Source of the DNA: Octopus sinensis
Lineage: Eukaryota
Direction: 5' to 3'
Assembly: GCF_006345805.1 (NCBI RefSeq)
Contig: NC_043006.1
Location: forward strand, 82,026,001-82,090,000
Length of the DNA stretch: 64,000 bases
Part shown: in pieces, positions 48,551-63,247 of the stretch
Layout: each line of letters opens with the position of its first letter
Numbering within the stretch: position 1 is the stretch's first letter
Translations under genes and position numbers: made by a program
Notes under the pieces: generated by a model
What the model was told of the DNA's origin: nothing
Seen by the model: only the letters and a program-made list of their open reading frames with translations
The model's database searches: none

Positions 48551-51500
48551 ACATATATATATACATATATACATATATATACATATATTATACATATATA
48601 TATACATTTATATATACATGTAAACATATATATACATACATATATATATACATATATATATACATATATATATATACATACAAACATATATATACATACA
48701 TATATCTATACATATATATATACATATATATATATACATACAAACATATATTACATACATATATATATACATATATATATACATTATATATACATATATA
48801 TATTACATACACCATATATATACATACATATATATATACATATATATATGCAATTATATATACATATATATATACAATATATAATACATACAAACATATA
48901 TATATAATACATATATATATTCATATATATTACATATATATATGCATATATATATACATATATAGATACATATTATATGCATAATATATACATATATATA
49001 TACATTAGATATATACATACAAAACTATATACATATATAGATACATACTAGATAGAATATATACTAGATATATAAGATATACATATATACCATATATATA
49101 TATACATATATATATCATATAATATGATATACATCTATATACATATATATAGATACATATATATATATACATCTATATATATACATATGATATATACATT
49201 ATATATATAGAGCATATATATAGATTATATACATCTATATATTATATAGATAACATCTATAGATACATATATATATATACATATATAGATATATCACTAA
49301 TATATATATATATACATATAGCTATATATATACTATATATACATATCTATACACATATATATAGAGAATAGATTCCATATATATACACATATATATATAT
49401 ATATATCACATATATATACATATTATACATATATATATATATCTATTACACATACATATATATATACACATATATATATATATATACACATATATATATA
49501 TATATATATATACATATATAATATATATACACATATATATATATATAGATACTATATATATATATATACACATATATATATATATATAACATATATATAT
49601 TATATACACACATAAATTATATATATAGTAGTATATACATAAGTACTATTATAAACACATATATATATATATATAGTATAGATATAGATATAGATATATA
49701 TACACATATATAGATATATATATACACATATATGATATAGATATACACAGTTATATATACACATATATATATATAATAGACATATATAGATATATATACA
49801 CTTATATATATAGATATATACCCATATATATATATATACAAGTATATATATATCACACATATATATATATATGTATACATATATATATATATATACATAT
49901 ATATCTATATATATATACATATAATATATTACTACATATATATATATATATACAGATATATAGAATATACATACGATATTATATATATCTAACATATATA
50001 TATATTATACATATATATATATATATACAGAAATATATATTAGCTATTACGAATTATATAATATATAGATATATTATTATATACCAGAGTATATAGATAC
50101 ATAACATATATACATAGCTTATATAGAGATAGACAAATATACATATATAGATATATACATCATAATATATAGAGAGATTAGATATAGATACATTCTATAT
50201 AGAAGCATATATTTAGATATATCTATATAATAGATATATATACATATATGATATATACCTATATACAGATAATAGATATATATATACATATATATAATAT
50301 AGATAGATACATATATATACATATAATATAAGATACAGACCTATATAACATATATAGATATACAGATATACATATATATATACATGAGAGGGATATATAC
50401 CTATATATACATATATAGAGATTACATATAGAATAGATACAGTATATACATCGATTATACATATATATATACATACATATATTATACATACATATTATAA
50501 CATATATAAGTATACATATGATATATACTAGATATATATACATATATAGCTATACATATAGATACATCTATATAAGATACATATATATATAATAGATACC
50601 AGATATACATAGATATACATATATATATACATATAAGAGGATACATATATATAAGTACATAGAGACATATAGATATATACATATATATATATATAGAGAC
50701 TATATACATAATATATATACATATATACATATATACATATATACAGATATATATATACATTATATATATATACATATATATATAATTACAATATAAATCT
50801 ATATATAGACTATATATATATATATATATATACATAGATATATACATATTATATAATATATATATACATATATAGACATATATATACTATAAATATATAT
50901 ATTACTATATATATATACATATATATATGACATATATATATATACAATATACATATATCTATTACATATTATACAGATATATACCTATATATACAGATAT
51001 ATACATATATATACATAATATAACATATCTATAAATATATACATATATATACATATACATTATATCATACATATACATATCATATATAGATACATATATA
51101 TACATAATATATACATAGATAATAACATATATAAATATACATTATATAGAGCTACATATATATATAACATTATATGATATATATAGATACAATTATATTA
51201 TATATATATATAATATAGATATAGAATATAGATATACATCTATATATATACATGATATATATATACATATATTATACAGTCTATATATACATATAGAGAT
51301 ATACATATATATATATACATAGTAGATATACATATATATATACATATATATATTACATATATATATACAGGAGATATAGATACATATATATATAGACATA
51401 TATATATATACAGATATATATATACATATATATATTACATATATATATAAATAGAGATAGTACATAGAGATATACATAGAATATATATATAATAGTATAT

Positions 51501-52322
51501 ATACTATAATACATACATATATTATATACATATATATATAGACAGCTATATACTACATATATATATATACATATAGATATATACATATATATACATACAT
51601 ATATATACATGATATATATATATATACATATATATACTCCATATATACATACATATAGTATACATATATATATATATATACATATATATACATATATCCT
51701 ATATACATATATATATACATAATATTATATCTACATTATTAGATATACATAACCTATATAGATAATAGATATATATACATATATATATATACATCTACAT
51801 ATATATTACTAGTATATATACATCTAATATATATAATATATATACTCTCTAATATTATATATATATATAATATAGATATATACATATATCTTATAACATA
51901 TATATATATACATATAATATATAATATACATATATATATACAGTATATATATATACATATATATATATACATATATTATATACCATAGATGATATATATA
52001 TACATCTATAATATATATATACAGACAATATATATATATATATATACATAATATATATATTACAGATAGATATATATATATAGACATAGATATATATATA
52101 TACTATACTATATATATATATATACCTAAGATATCTATGACTATATATATATATATAGATATACAACATATAGATATATAATATAATATATATATCTATA
52201 CAGCATATATAATATATAGATATATATACTATATATAATATTATATACATATATATATATATATACATATATAGAATAATATACACTATATTATATATTT
52301 AGATAAGATATATACTATATAC

Positions 52323-52353
<31 letters not shown>

Positions 52354-53109
52354 ATGTATATATATATATGTATATATAGATATGTATATATATATAGGTA
52401 TAGATAGATGGATATTAGATAGGTAATAGATATATGGTAGATATATGTATTATATATATATGTAGAGAGATAGATATGATCTATATCTATAGATATATGA
52501 TAATATAGTATATATATATATAGATAGTATATATATATGACATATAGATATATACATATGATATATACATATATATAGATACATTAGATGTACAGATATC
52601 TATATACATATATATATATACATATAGATATATATTACATATATATATATATACACTATATATAATTAATATATATATAACATATAGATATATACATTAT
52701 ATATGATACATGATAATATAGTATATACATATATATAATAGATACATATATATATATAGACATATATAGATAGACAATATATATATATACATATATATAT
52801 ATATACACATCAATATATATACATATATATATATACATATATATACATATTATATAATACATATATATACATATATATATATACATATATATTACATATA
52901 TATATAGACATATATATATATATTATATATATATATAGATATACAGAATATATACTATATATATTATATACAGATATATATACATATATATATATAGCAT
53001 ATATATATATACATAATATATATACATATATATATACATATATAATATAACATATTAGTATCATATATATATATACAATCTATAAGCATCAAGGATATAG
53101 ATAATATAT

Positions 53110-53141
<32 letters not shown>

Positions 53142-53950
53142 CATATATATATACATATATATATACATATATATATATACTATATATATATACATATAAT
53201 ATATTAACAGATATAGATATATATATATATATATCTATATATACATACATAGATACATACATATATATAATACATATATATATATATACATACATATATA
53301 TAGACTACATATATATATAACTACAGATATATATACATATAGATAGATATAATAACTACATACATTCAATATAATATACAGACATATATATATATACATA
53401 ATATATATATATAACATACATATATATATATACAAAAATAATACAATATTATATATACATAACATATATATATATAGATACATACAGATAGTATATATAT
53501 ACATACATATATATATATATACATACATACATACATCATACATATTTTATTATTGATTTATGACTAAAATACATATATATATATATACATACATATATAT
53601 ATATTATACATACATACAGACATAGAAGTATATATATATATATATATACATACATACAATTACATATATATATAATATATTATACATACATCACTATATA
53701 ATATGCATATACATATATATATACAGACATACATATGATACAGACATATACATATAATATACATACATACATATATACAGACATCATAACATACATACAT
53801 ACATACATACATACATCTACATACATATATACATACATACATACATACATATAAATTACAATCATTGACATACATACATATACATACATACATATACATT
53901 ACATACATATAACATAATAGTATATATAATATGTATACATATATTATATA
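48368..53950. repeat. 5.6-kb degenerate (TA)/(TATATACA)-type low-complexity array
   Basis: Direct reading. All of the roughly 25 YI-rich ORFs here are artefacts. Confidence 0.95.
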
Positions 53951-54000
53951 CATAGGTATATGTTAGACACCCAACAAATTTCAAGCAATCTATTGTGTTG

Positions 54001-54040
54001 CTATTTAGTTGGCTTGCCTTCGTTCCCTTTCATTGTACAT
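54001..54040 (-). CDS. Candidate terminal exon (…KCTMKGNEGKPTK*)
   Basis: Acceptor preceded by about 35 nt of pyrimidines (…ctcaccttctttgttgaag). In frame with the upstream chain. Stop at 54001-54003. Confidence 0.4.
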
Positions 54041-54140
54041 CTTCAACAAAGAAGGTGAGAAAGATAGAAAGAGATAAAAGTGTCAGTATAGAAATTTCCA
54101 TTAAAATTGTTCAATACTTATTGTTGCCACTAGAGCTCAC

Positions 54141-54180
54141 TTTGCTACAGCACTCTGCATAGACAAAAGCGCAATCAAGA
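54141..54180 (-). CDS. Candidate 40-nt exon (FLIALLSMQSAVAK)
   Basis: ctctatccttctttctag acceptor and AAA|gtgagc donor. Confidence 0.45.
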
Positions 54181-54494
54181 CTAGAAAGAAGGATAGAGAA
54201 CACACAATACATACATATATATATATATGCATGCATGTATGTATATATTGAAGAAACATATTGAGCAAACGTAGTATTATTGCAACAGCTGTTACAGGAA
54301 GAAAGAAATCATCAGAGAATCCTTTCCTAGTGAAATTATTCCTAAATGCAGACACAAAGACAAAACAAAGCATGGCAAAGCAAAAAAAAAAAAACAAACA
54401 AAAAAATAGAAGCCGTTTTCATTTTAGAATCCATCACTAATGGATTTTGTAATTTTCTCTCAATACAATGGGTGTCTATAAAACGTCTACTTAC

Positions 54495-54532
54495 AACACC
54501 CACCGACTATATTACTGAAATATATTTCTTTG
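54495..54532 (-). CDS. Candidate 38-nt exon (YKEIYFSNIVGGC)
   Basis: ttattttgtgtttttag acceptor and |gtaagt donor. Only one frame is open, and it is phase-compatible on both sides. Confidence 0.45.
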
Positions 54533-55254
54533 CTAAAAACACAAAATAATGGTCGTGGGGGTTTTGTTGTTAGTGTTATTGTTTTTTTTTATTATGCATA
54601 TCTTTTTTCTTTGTTTTTTTTTTTTTCGTTTTTGGACATATTTTATTTATTTATATATTTATTTATTTTCTACCCTTCTATTTAGGTTTTTATTCATTTC
54701 TCCAAAATGATATTCATGCTATAACAATGTGCAGCAGACCAATAAACAAACTTAGGACTGGTTGAATTTTTGGATAGTTCTAATTCTAGGGTTAGTGGAA
54801 TGGGGTGGGGGTTCTGTTTGTTTGTGTTATTATATTTTTTCTTTTTCATCTATTTCTATGCTCCAGGTTTTCAACCAACCACAAGGAGAGGAAGAAGGAG
54901 GGGCGGGGAGAAATGGAAAAATTGATAAGAAAGGGAAAATATAAAAATAAATTAAAAATAATAATTAAATAAAATATAATAGAAATAAAATTATCAAAGC
55001 ATTTTTTTTTCCTTTTTTGTCACTTTAATCTCAAAAAAAAAAGCCGGCAAAATAACTAAGCATTCTACCAGCTTTACCCACACCACCCACTAGATAAAAA
55101 TGTTCTAACATAAGAAGCACAAGAAACCAATGTAAGTATATGTGCATGAATTTTTTTTAGTTAGTATGTTATGCCTGTGTGTGCATATAAGTATCTAGCA
55201 TAAGAAATAGGCTGCTATAAAAGCCATCAGCACTGGCGGCTTTATTTAACTCAC

Positions 55255-55291
55255 TAAAACAATATGAATAAACACAATGTTACGACTTCAG
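55255..55291 (-). CDS. Candidate 37-nt exon (EVVTLCLFILF)
   Basis: ggttctatttttag acceptor and |gtgagt donor. Only one frame is open. Confidence 0.45.
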
Positions 55292-55689
55292 CTAAAAATA
55301 GAACCATTATCAAAATGGTGCTATTATAAGGTATCAAAAGATATCCATTGCAAAGAATCTAACTAAAATTCCCCAACCCACAAATCTAAATAATCTGGTG
55401 ATTATCCATATATAATCATTGTTAGCATCATTCATATTATTATTTTTTTGTTTTTTTTTTTCAGTAGTCTGTCCAACTGAGAACAGTTCTGTACTTCTTG
55501 AGTACATGCAGTGTTTTGTTTCCGTTCTACATTTTCTATTGCACTGAAAGCATTCCGCACAAGCATGTGCAGTGCAAGGATGGTTGTTGCTATATCCTGT
55601 ATGCAATATATATCACGTGATCATGTGACTGCCGAGACTATCAGGTGTTGTTACACATCACTGGTCTCAATGTGCTTTGTATTATTTTG

Positions 55690-56195
55690 GCCTTCAAATG
55701 ACGCCACCCAGCTGGCTAAACGAGCAGGCAAACATTCCCCGCTGACCGAAGTGAGAACTGAAGCAACATGAAATGAAGTGTCTTGCTCAACAACGCAACA
55801 CACCACTTGGCCTGGGAAATGAACCCATGATCTAGCAATCGTGGGTGCAACAGCTGAACCACCAAGCCACATGCCTTCGCATGTTATAAATCTTCTTCTT
55901 TTCACCTTTTTCAAGCCTAGCCAGGCTCATGGGCCCGGTTTCCCAGTTTCTATGGCATATGGGTTCCTCCCAGCTGGACAGGACTCCGTTCCATTGCAGC
56001 GTTACTCAAGAAACAGGAAGAAAGAGTGAGAGAAAGTTGGGGTGAAAGAGTACAACAGGGGTCACCACCACCCGCTGCCAGAGCCTCGTTGAGCTTTAGG
56101 TATTTTCGCTCAATAAACACACACAACGCCCGGTATGGGAATCGAAACTGCGATCCTCTGACCGCAAGTCCGCTGCCCTAACCACTGCGCCTCCA
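55690..56195 (-). mobile_element. Two tandem family D-related SINEs (55690-55887, 55895-56195)
   Basis: tRNA-like heads on the minus strand. Tail shared with 25193-25428. Confidence 0.7.
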
Positions 56196-57021
56196 CATGT
56201 TATACATACATTTGTAATTTCTGGGGTTTAGCCATGCATTTGCCAGTAACTTTACTTAATCATTCTTAAGAAACGTAGAGGCTAGGATGTTGCACTCACA
56301 ATCCTAAGATCGTAGTTTCAATTCCAACTGGGCAGTAAAACAAATTCTAGAGCAAATCACTTCATTTCCTGTTACTCACATCCCACTCAATTGTAAGCAA
56401 GTTCCAGCAACAACCGAGAAGTTAACCCTGAAAAGGATTAACATCTCGTTCAGTGGGAGTAGTGTTCTAATTTCAGTCACCCACATTCCATGGCATATGG
56501 GTGTTTACATGCAGAGTGTATGCATGCATGCTGTATGTGCAATTTTGAAACAGTTAAATACAGTGTATATGTGTGCATATGCATGTCAGTGAATACACAT
56601 ATATATATATATATATATATATATGCATAAGAGAGGGGTGTATTTAAGTGTGTGTATATTTAAGTGTGTGTGTGTATACATGTGGAGATGTATGTGTATA
56701 CATGCAGACGCATGTGAGCCTAAGGGGAGTATGTATGTGTGTGTCAGTTTATTTTTGAGGAAAACCTATTAGTGTTTAATTGTGTGCATATGTGTGTATG
56801 TGTGTGTGTGACTGTGTGTGTGCATACATACAATACACTGCCTACAATACAATACACACACGTATATTTCTGAGACAGCTAGAAAGTATGTAACACACAC
56901 ACACACACACATATATATATATGTAAATATACGTGTGTGTGAGTACATATATGTATGTGTGTGCATGTGTGTGTGAGTACATACATATGTGTGTGTGTAT
57001 ATGTATATGTATATATATATA

Positions 57022-57058
<37 letters not shown>

Positions 57059-58939
57059 GGCGGTGCCCCAGCATGGCCACAGCTCGTGAGCTGAAACTAG
57101 ATAAAATAAAAAGAAAAAATACATATGAACATATACACATATATACATGTACATATGCACACACACACACACACACATACACTTATATATATAAATAATA
57201 TGAAGCAAAAGCAGTAAACATATAAATATGTGCGTGTGATTGTACTAATAGATGAGAAGGAGTAAGAGAGAGAGAAAGGAAGATAAATAGTCAGAGAGCA
57301 CAAAAGAAAAATTGAGAGAGAAAGAGAGAGGGAGAGAGAGGAGGAGGAGGAGAGCAGGGGGGAGGAATTAACTTGCGAAATTAGAGCCAGGTTAGTCTGA
57401 CATACGACAGCTTTGGATGAGAAACAGATTACTGAGAGAGACCAAAATGAAAGTGGAGGACTGTATGTAGAAGGTACAGAGACAGTTTGACAGTAATATA
57501 ACAGAGAATTACACAATATGAACAATATTTGATTAGATTTGATTTAATTGATACACAATTGATGTTTATATTTTGCCTCATTATCAATCCTAAACTCAAA
57601 GATAATTTCCCCTCATCCCCACCTTTTTTTTTTTTCCTTTTACATTTTTCTGAAAAAAAATGTCTTTTTCAGAGGAGATAGCATGTAATTGATATTGACT
57701 GATTTCGACATTGAGCAGGCAGAATCTAACTCTATTTGCTGCAGAACAGGCAGAGACATCTGTCTTTTATAAAAGCCTCAAGTTGACCAATGTTTTGAGA
57801 AGAGAATTCAGTAAAAACAAAACAAAAAAAAACGGGACTGAACTCTGCTGCAAGTACACACACGCACACACTCACACACACACATACATACATATATAAA
57901 TACATACATATAAGAAACATACTATAAATCATATACATACAAAAAATCATTTTAATATATGCGTGGCTGTGTGGTAAGTAGCTTGCTTCCCAACCACATG
58001 GTTCTGAGTTCAGTCCTACTGCATGGTAGGATTTGGTAGATGGAAACTGGAAGAAGCCCATTGTATATATATATATATATATAAATATATCCTTGTGTGG
58101 TAATGAAAAGTGAAATTGATAGCCAATATTTGCTGCGTCTTTATATCTATGTATAAACGTTTCTTTGGATTTATGTATCTACTGTCTCTCTCACTTTCGC
58201 TCTTTCTCTATCACTTCCTTTGTGTCCCTCTTCTCTCCCGCTTTTAATTTAACAATGTGTATATGTATCTACTTCTCTTGCAATGTGATTAACATTTAAA
58301 AACACAAAACGAATGCTGTCACCACTCACTCTCTTTCTCTCTTACTTCCTCTCTGTCCTCCTCTCTCTCACTTTGCCACTTCAAAGAAGTTAGTGTGACA
58401 CACACAACAGGTACATACAAAAACAAAAAGTTAGCATATTAATATTATTGATAACTACATGTAAAATCTAAGTAGGTTATAATGAATGCAACCACTATGT
58501 ACAAGCATGCATGTATGTGTATGTATGTGCTTAAATTTATGGATACATTCATGTACAAATAGTGCTTGCATGTCAGTGATTAGATCTCATTGTCAACCTG
58601 CGTGTGTAAGGATTTTGAGCATGTGTTTACATCTATAGCAGTGCAGATTTGCATGCATAAAATGAATGTACATATTTGCTAATGCACATGTAGATGTATA
58701 GGTTCATGTAAGGGTAATGTATGCAGAGATGCATTACAATGCATGCTACTCAATACACATTTATGTGTGTGGTGTATGCTCCGCATATAAATGTATGTGC
58801 ATTCAGTGCAACTAGTCTTAATTAAAGAGGAGAGGAATAGAGGTTTCTGTTGAAATGTAGTTCTAAATGATGATAATTCTTATCCATAGTTCTAAGCAGC
58901 TGATTCAGAGAGTAAGAGGAAGAGAGAGAATGAGGGGAG

Positions 58940-59305
58940 TCATCATCATCATCATCATCATCATCGTTTAACGTCCACTTTCCATGCTAGCATGGGTTGG
59001 ACGATTTCGACTGAGGGCTGGCGAACCAGATGGCTGCACCAGGCTCCAATCTTGATTTGGCAGAGTTTCTACTGCTGGATGCCCTTCCTAATGCCAACCA
59101 CTCCGAGAGTGTAGTGGGTGCTTTTACCGTGCCACCGGCACGGGGTCCAGACAGGCGGTACTGGCAACAACCTCGCTCGAATCTTTTTACACATGCCACC
59201 AGCACAGGTGCTAGTAAGGCAATGTTGGTAACGATCACGCTCAAATGATGCCCTTTTATGTGCCACCGGCACGGAAGCCAGTTGGCTGCTCTGGCAACGA
59301 TCACA
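58940..59305 (-). mobile_element. Family C (RTE 3' end) copy
   Basis: Near-identical to the reverse complement of 8365-8665. Confidence 0.87.
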
Positions 59306-60232
59306 CTCACATAGACAGACACAAACAAACACATACACACACACACACACACACACAAATGAAAAATTCAAATCCCAGTATTTGACTGGTATTTTATTAA
59401 GTGACTCTGAAGAGCTGAAAGCACATGCTGGCCATGACGACATTTGAAGTTCATGAGCAGTAATCTGGAACAATACTGTTCTAACAATGGTGCTGATAAT
59501 GATGATGATTTTATTGTCACAAGGTTACAAAGAAGGAAAAAAAAAAAAAGAAAATTATTCGAAAGCAATTTCAGGTAATATATAAAGTTGGTAAAGCAAA
59601 CACAGAGATATGTAAGTTTGAAAAGATATCACATGAACTCAGAAAACAAAAGCATCTCAAACAACATGACACCTTGTTAAATCCACTACCAACAACAACA
59701 ACAACACCCAAAATTTTTAAGTAGTGGATGTTTCCTTTTTATCTATGGGCATCAAAACTGACACCCAAATTTATATAAAGAAACGAGAAAAGTGAAAAGA
59801 GGGAAAAAAAACTCATAAGTGATGTGAGCCTATCAAGAGCAAATGATATTTACAATTCACACCAATTATGCAATTCAAACCAATTCGAATGGCTCCAAGC
59901 AACTTAAAGGGTTTATGCAGGTTGCAGGTAAGTCTGATGGGCATAGAATTAATAAGATGCTCCAGATACAGTCATGTTATTGACCTTGCCAGAGTTTTTC
60001 AGAGTTTGAAAGACAGCAATGTTTCACATCATAAGAAAGTTTGTCAAAGAGTTCAATGAGATGAGTTGCCATGAGGAGTAAAGAATCTACAGGTTTTGGT
60101 TTTTATTTATTTAAATTATTTACACTTTTCTGTTGGGAGAGTCAGGAGGAGAAAGGCAGTCCTTACAAACCTTCTCAGGAACTCCCACATGGGATGAGGG
60201 AAAAGGACGCAGCCAAGAAATATATATATATA

Positions 60233-60617
60233 TCATCATCATCATCATTTAGCGTCCGTTCTCCATGCTAGCATGGGTTGGACGGTTCAACTGGGGTCTG
60301 TGAAGCTGGAAGGCTTCATCAGGCCCAGTCAGATCTATGGATGGAAGGATGGATGGATGAATAGATAGTCAGATAGATAGTAGATTGTTAAGGTCACTTC
60401 CATGATGATTATATAAATATATATATTACATATATATATATATATATACACACACACATATATATACACACACACACATATATATACACACACACACATA
60501 AGTAAGCACATAAGTGCAAAACAAAGTGGAAAAACAGTCAATGCAGCTCTCTGGCCAGTTCCTGTCAAATCATCTAACCCATGCCAGCATGGAAAATGAA
60601 CATTAAATGATGATGAT
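60233..60617. mobile_element. Two short family C tail fragments in inverted orientation (60233-60338 minus; 60560-60617 plus)
   Basis: ccatgctagcatgggttgg and aacccatgccagcatgg, each with a (CAT)/(GAT) tail. Confidence 0.7.
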
Positions 60618-60649
60618 GTGTGTGTGTGTGTGTTTTTTCTCTCTGTGTA

Positions 60650-60687
60650 TCTTTCTGTTGAAGAGCGTAGACTCGAAACGTTAAAGA
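60650..60687 (+). ncRNA. Hammerhead-like motif (family H3, copy 1)
   Basis: tcttt-CTGTTGA-a-gagc-(gtag)-actc-GAAAC-GTT-aaaga. A6 is replaced by T and stem II has one mismatch. Confidence 0.5.
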
Positions 60688-60784
60688 CTTGTTTTATTTA
60701 TATTTCCTGAGCGCCATACTAATACAATTGTTCGTTTGTTTTCCACCTGCCTTCGTCTTTTGTCTATTTTCATAAAGCTTCCCG

Positions 60785-60831
<47 letters not shown>

Positions 60832-60913
60832 TATATATATGTGTGACCTCGTGAGTACCGCTGACGATTTTTTTTCCTCTGTCTTCCCTTCTCGGGATCT
60901 TTCCTTCTCCTAT

Positions 60914-60948
60914 GTTTCCGACGAAGAGCTCCGCTCGAAACGTTAAAC
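60914..60948 (+). ncRNA. Hammerhead-like motif (family H3, copy 2)
   Basis: gttt-CCGACGA-a-gagc-(tcc)-gctc-GAAAC-GTT-aaac. Stems I and II are perfect, and U4 is replaced by C. Confidence 0.6.
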
Positions 60949-63019
60949 CCTCCTTCTTCCCTTCTTTCCTGAGCGTCCAATAATACTTTATTTGTTCCAC
61001 GTCCTCGCGTTGTTGTGTTTTTTGGTTTTTTCTTGCTTGGATTAGCTATATATATATTTATATATACACACATACATATATATATATTTCAGAGATGTAC
61101 ATGGTTATGAAGTTATTTAATCTGAGACTGTGTGTTGAAACTAAAGCAATAACAGCACAAAAGACACATATTATTCACCCAAAGCACACAGAGACTGTTA
61201 ACTTTACTTAAACGTTTTTATTTGTTTAATAAAAGTTAATGTGAAATTAATAGCTTTTGTGTATTTTTGAATGGCTAATATGTCTTCTATGCTGTAATTG
61301 CTATATACATATATATATATATATATATACTAACAGTTTGATTCAGCATTATGCAGCTTAAAGTTTCAAAGGCTCATCCATCAAATGTAATGCTTATTTA
61401 TTCTCATTGTTTTGACCCAGAAACCCTTCAAGTTATATGGAGTCAAGTCAAACTGTTATTAAATAAATACTATCATGTAATTCTTACTAAATGTGCTGAG
61501 TGTATATTTATGTATAAATGTGTGTGTGTGTGTGTGTGTGGATTCATCATTCCTTTTTCAAGGCTTCCAAGATTGGATGAAGAAAAGGAAGAGGTTATCC
61601 TAGACCCAAATGTTTGCACTCAATGAGACCTGAAGACCAAATAGAGGTATTAACTTAAGCAAAAATTCAAAGAGCAAACAGTCAGAACAAATATCACTAG
61701 GCATCTCATCCAACATTCTGACAATTATGCTAATTCCCTTGCTCAGGGCTGATACTTTATTTATCAACTCTCAAAAGGATGAAAGGCAAAAGTTGACCTC
61801 AGCAGGATTTCAACTCTGAATGCACTTGCCATTTGTTGGAATTTCTCAGGTCATTCCAGGCAACACTCCTAGCAGTATCCCAGTCAGTTCTCATCTCTGA
61901 AAGACCCTTCTTCATCTGTCATGACCACATGGCCATCACCCCAGCTGGATCCTTAGAGAAGCAAACACAGTATGCAGGATCCTATTCAGAAAATAGACCA
62001 TTAATTCAGTGGCATGTAATTCAATTGGTTGAACAATTTTAACCTCAGTATCAAAATACAGAATACTGGCTATCTATATTGCATTTAATCAATATTATGT
62101 TAGGTATGTCACAATAACCTAAATGCTGAAAACTCCTTACATGAAGGAGCAAAATTTCACAGAAAACAAATTTAAAATCACCTGCTGAAGAAAACCTATA
62201 TGAACAAAAAAAAAAGTTTTAAGCTTTAAGAATAACACAGAAATTCAATATGCCATACCAATGTATTTGATATTGCATAACTAATAAGTTACATGCCCAA
62301 GAATTTGTAAAATTAATGAAACAGTACTTTTATCAGGACAATTAATAAAAATCTCATAGGTTCTAATTAACCTGTGATTCATCCCTGGTACTAAAAAGGT
62401 TCTTTGCCCTTTATTTGATGAAAAAGTGACTAATACATAGATTTTTTTCCTTCAATTTTTTCTTTCATCTCCAGCTGTCCCTTGTACACTATTAGCCTTG
62501 CATATAACATATAACATTATCACATTACACTTTGATAGACAGAATGTTTATAATTTGCTTTAAAATAAAATATTTGTTGGTATTTGCCATTCATTTTGCT
62601 TATATGCACAGACATATGTGTGTTCAATGGCAACAGCAAACAGAAATAGGAAGGTCTCAGATAATAGCAATTAACACTCCAGAAACATAACTGCCTTTAA
62701 ACTGTTCCCATTACCCTTTGAAATCGTAATTTTAGACTTTATGTTAAAAGGTGAGACCACACTATTATTTAGAGGATTGGCAAACCAACTTTTATATAAA
62801 AACAACAATAATGAAAACCACAAACACATAAACACAATAATAGCAACACTGGATTCAATTTACTTACAGAGAAATGTTGTAGGCTTTATGAGAAAAAAAA
62901 TACAATATGAAAAATAAGAAGCATGCTACCTGATGCTACAAGTTAAATAAGGCATCCCATTATAACAATTAATAATCCATTTGGTGTGCCATCAGACACT
63001 TTGTCTTCATATAATCTGG

Positions 63020-63247
63020 TTAGCCCTTTAGTATTTAAACTGATCATATCTAGCCCAAATATTCTACATGTTCTATGTTCAAACTAGCCAGATCCAGCCT
63101 TTCATGTCTACTCTACAATGTCATTCTAAAAATATATGATGGCATCATCAAAATCTTGAAGTCACAAAATAATACACAATTAATTCAAAACAATGAGAAT
63201 GAATAAGCATTACATTTGACAGAGTAATCTCAACACTCAAGGGTTAA
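63020..63247 (+). mobile_element. piggyBac-like MITE, uninterrupted (228 bp)
   Basis: ttag-cccttt…aaggg-ttaa termini. TTAA-CCC ends are the piggyBac hallmark. Colinear with the split copy at 37246. Confidence 0.75.

Noticed and set aside
48362-53953. About 25 long Tyr/Ile-rich ORFs
   Set aside because: Translations of (TA)n/(TACA)n low-complexity DNA with no coding signal.
55485-55586. Cys-rich reading (CTAHACAECFQCNRKC…KHC) phase-compatible with the candidate exon chain
   Set aside because: Several frames on both strands are open, the donor is mediocre, and the spacing fits no zinc-binding family I can name.
59400-59480. GQHVLSALQ, resembling the EamA GQxxxTxALQ motif
   Set aside because: It lies in a decayed B-family SINE and has no usable donor site.
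59843-59927. Plus-strand segment ending in a perfect CAG|gtaagt donor
   Set aside because: No acceptor or promoter evidence, and the nearest downstream acceptor gives a stop. One such donor is expected by chance in 64 kb.
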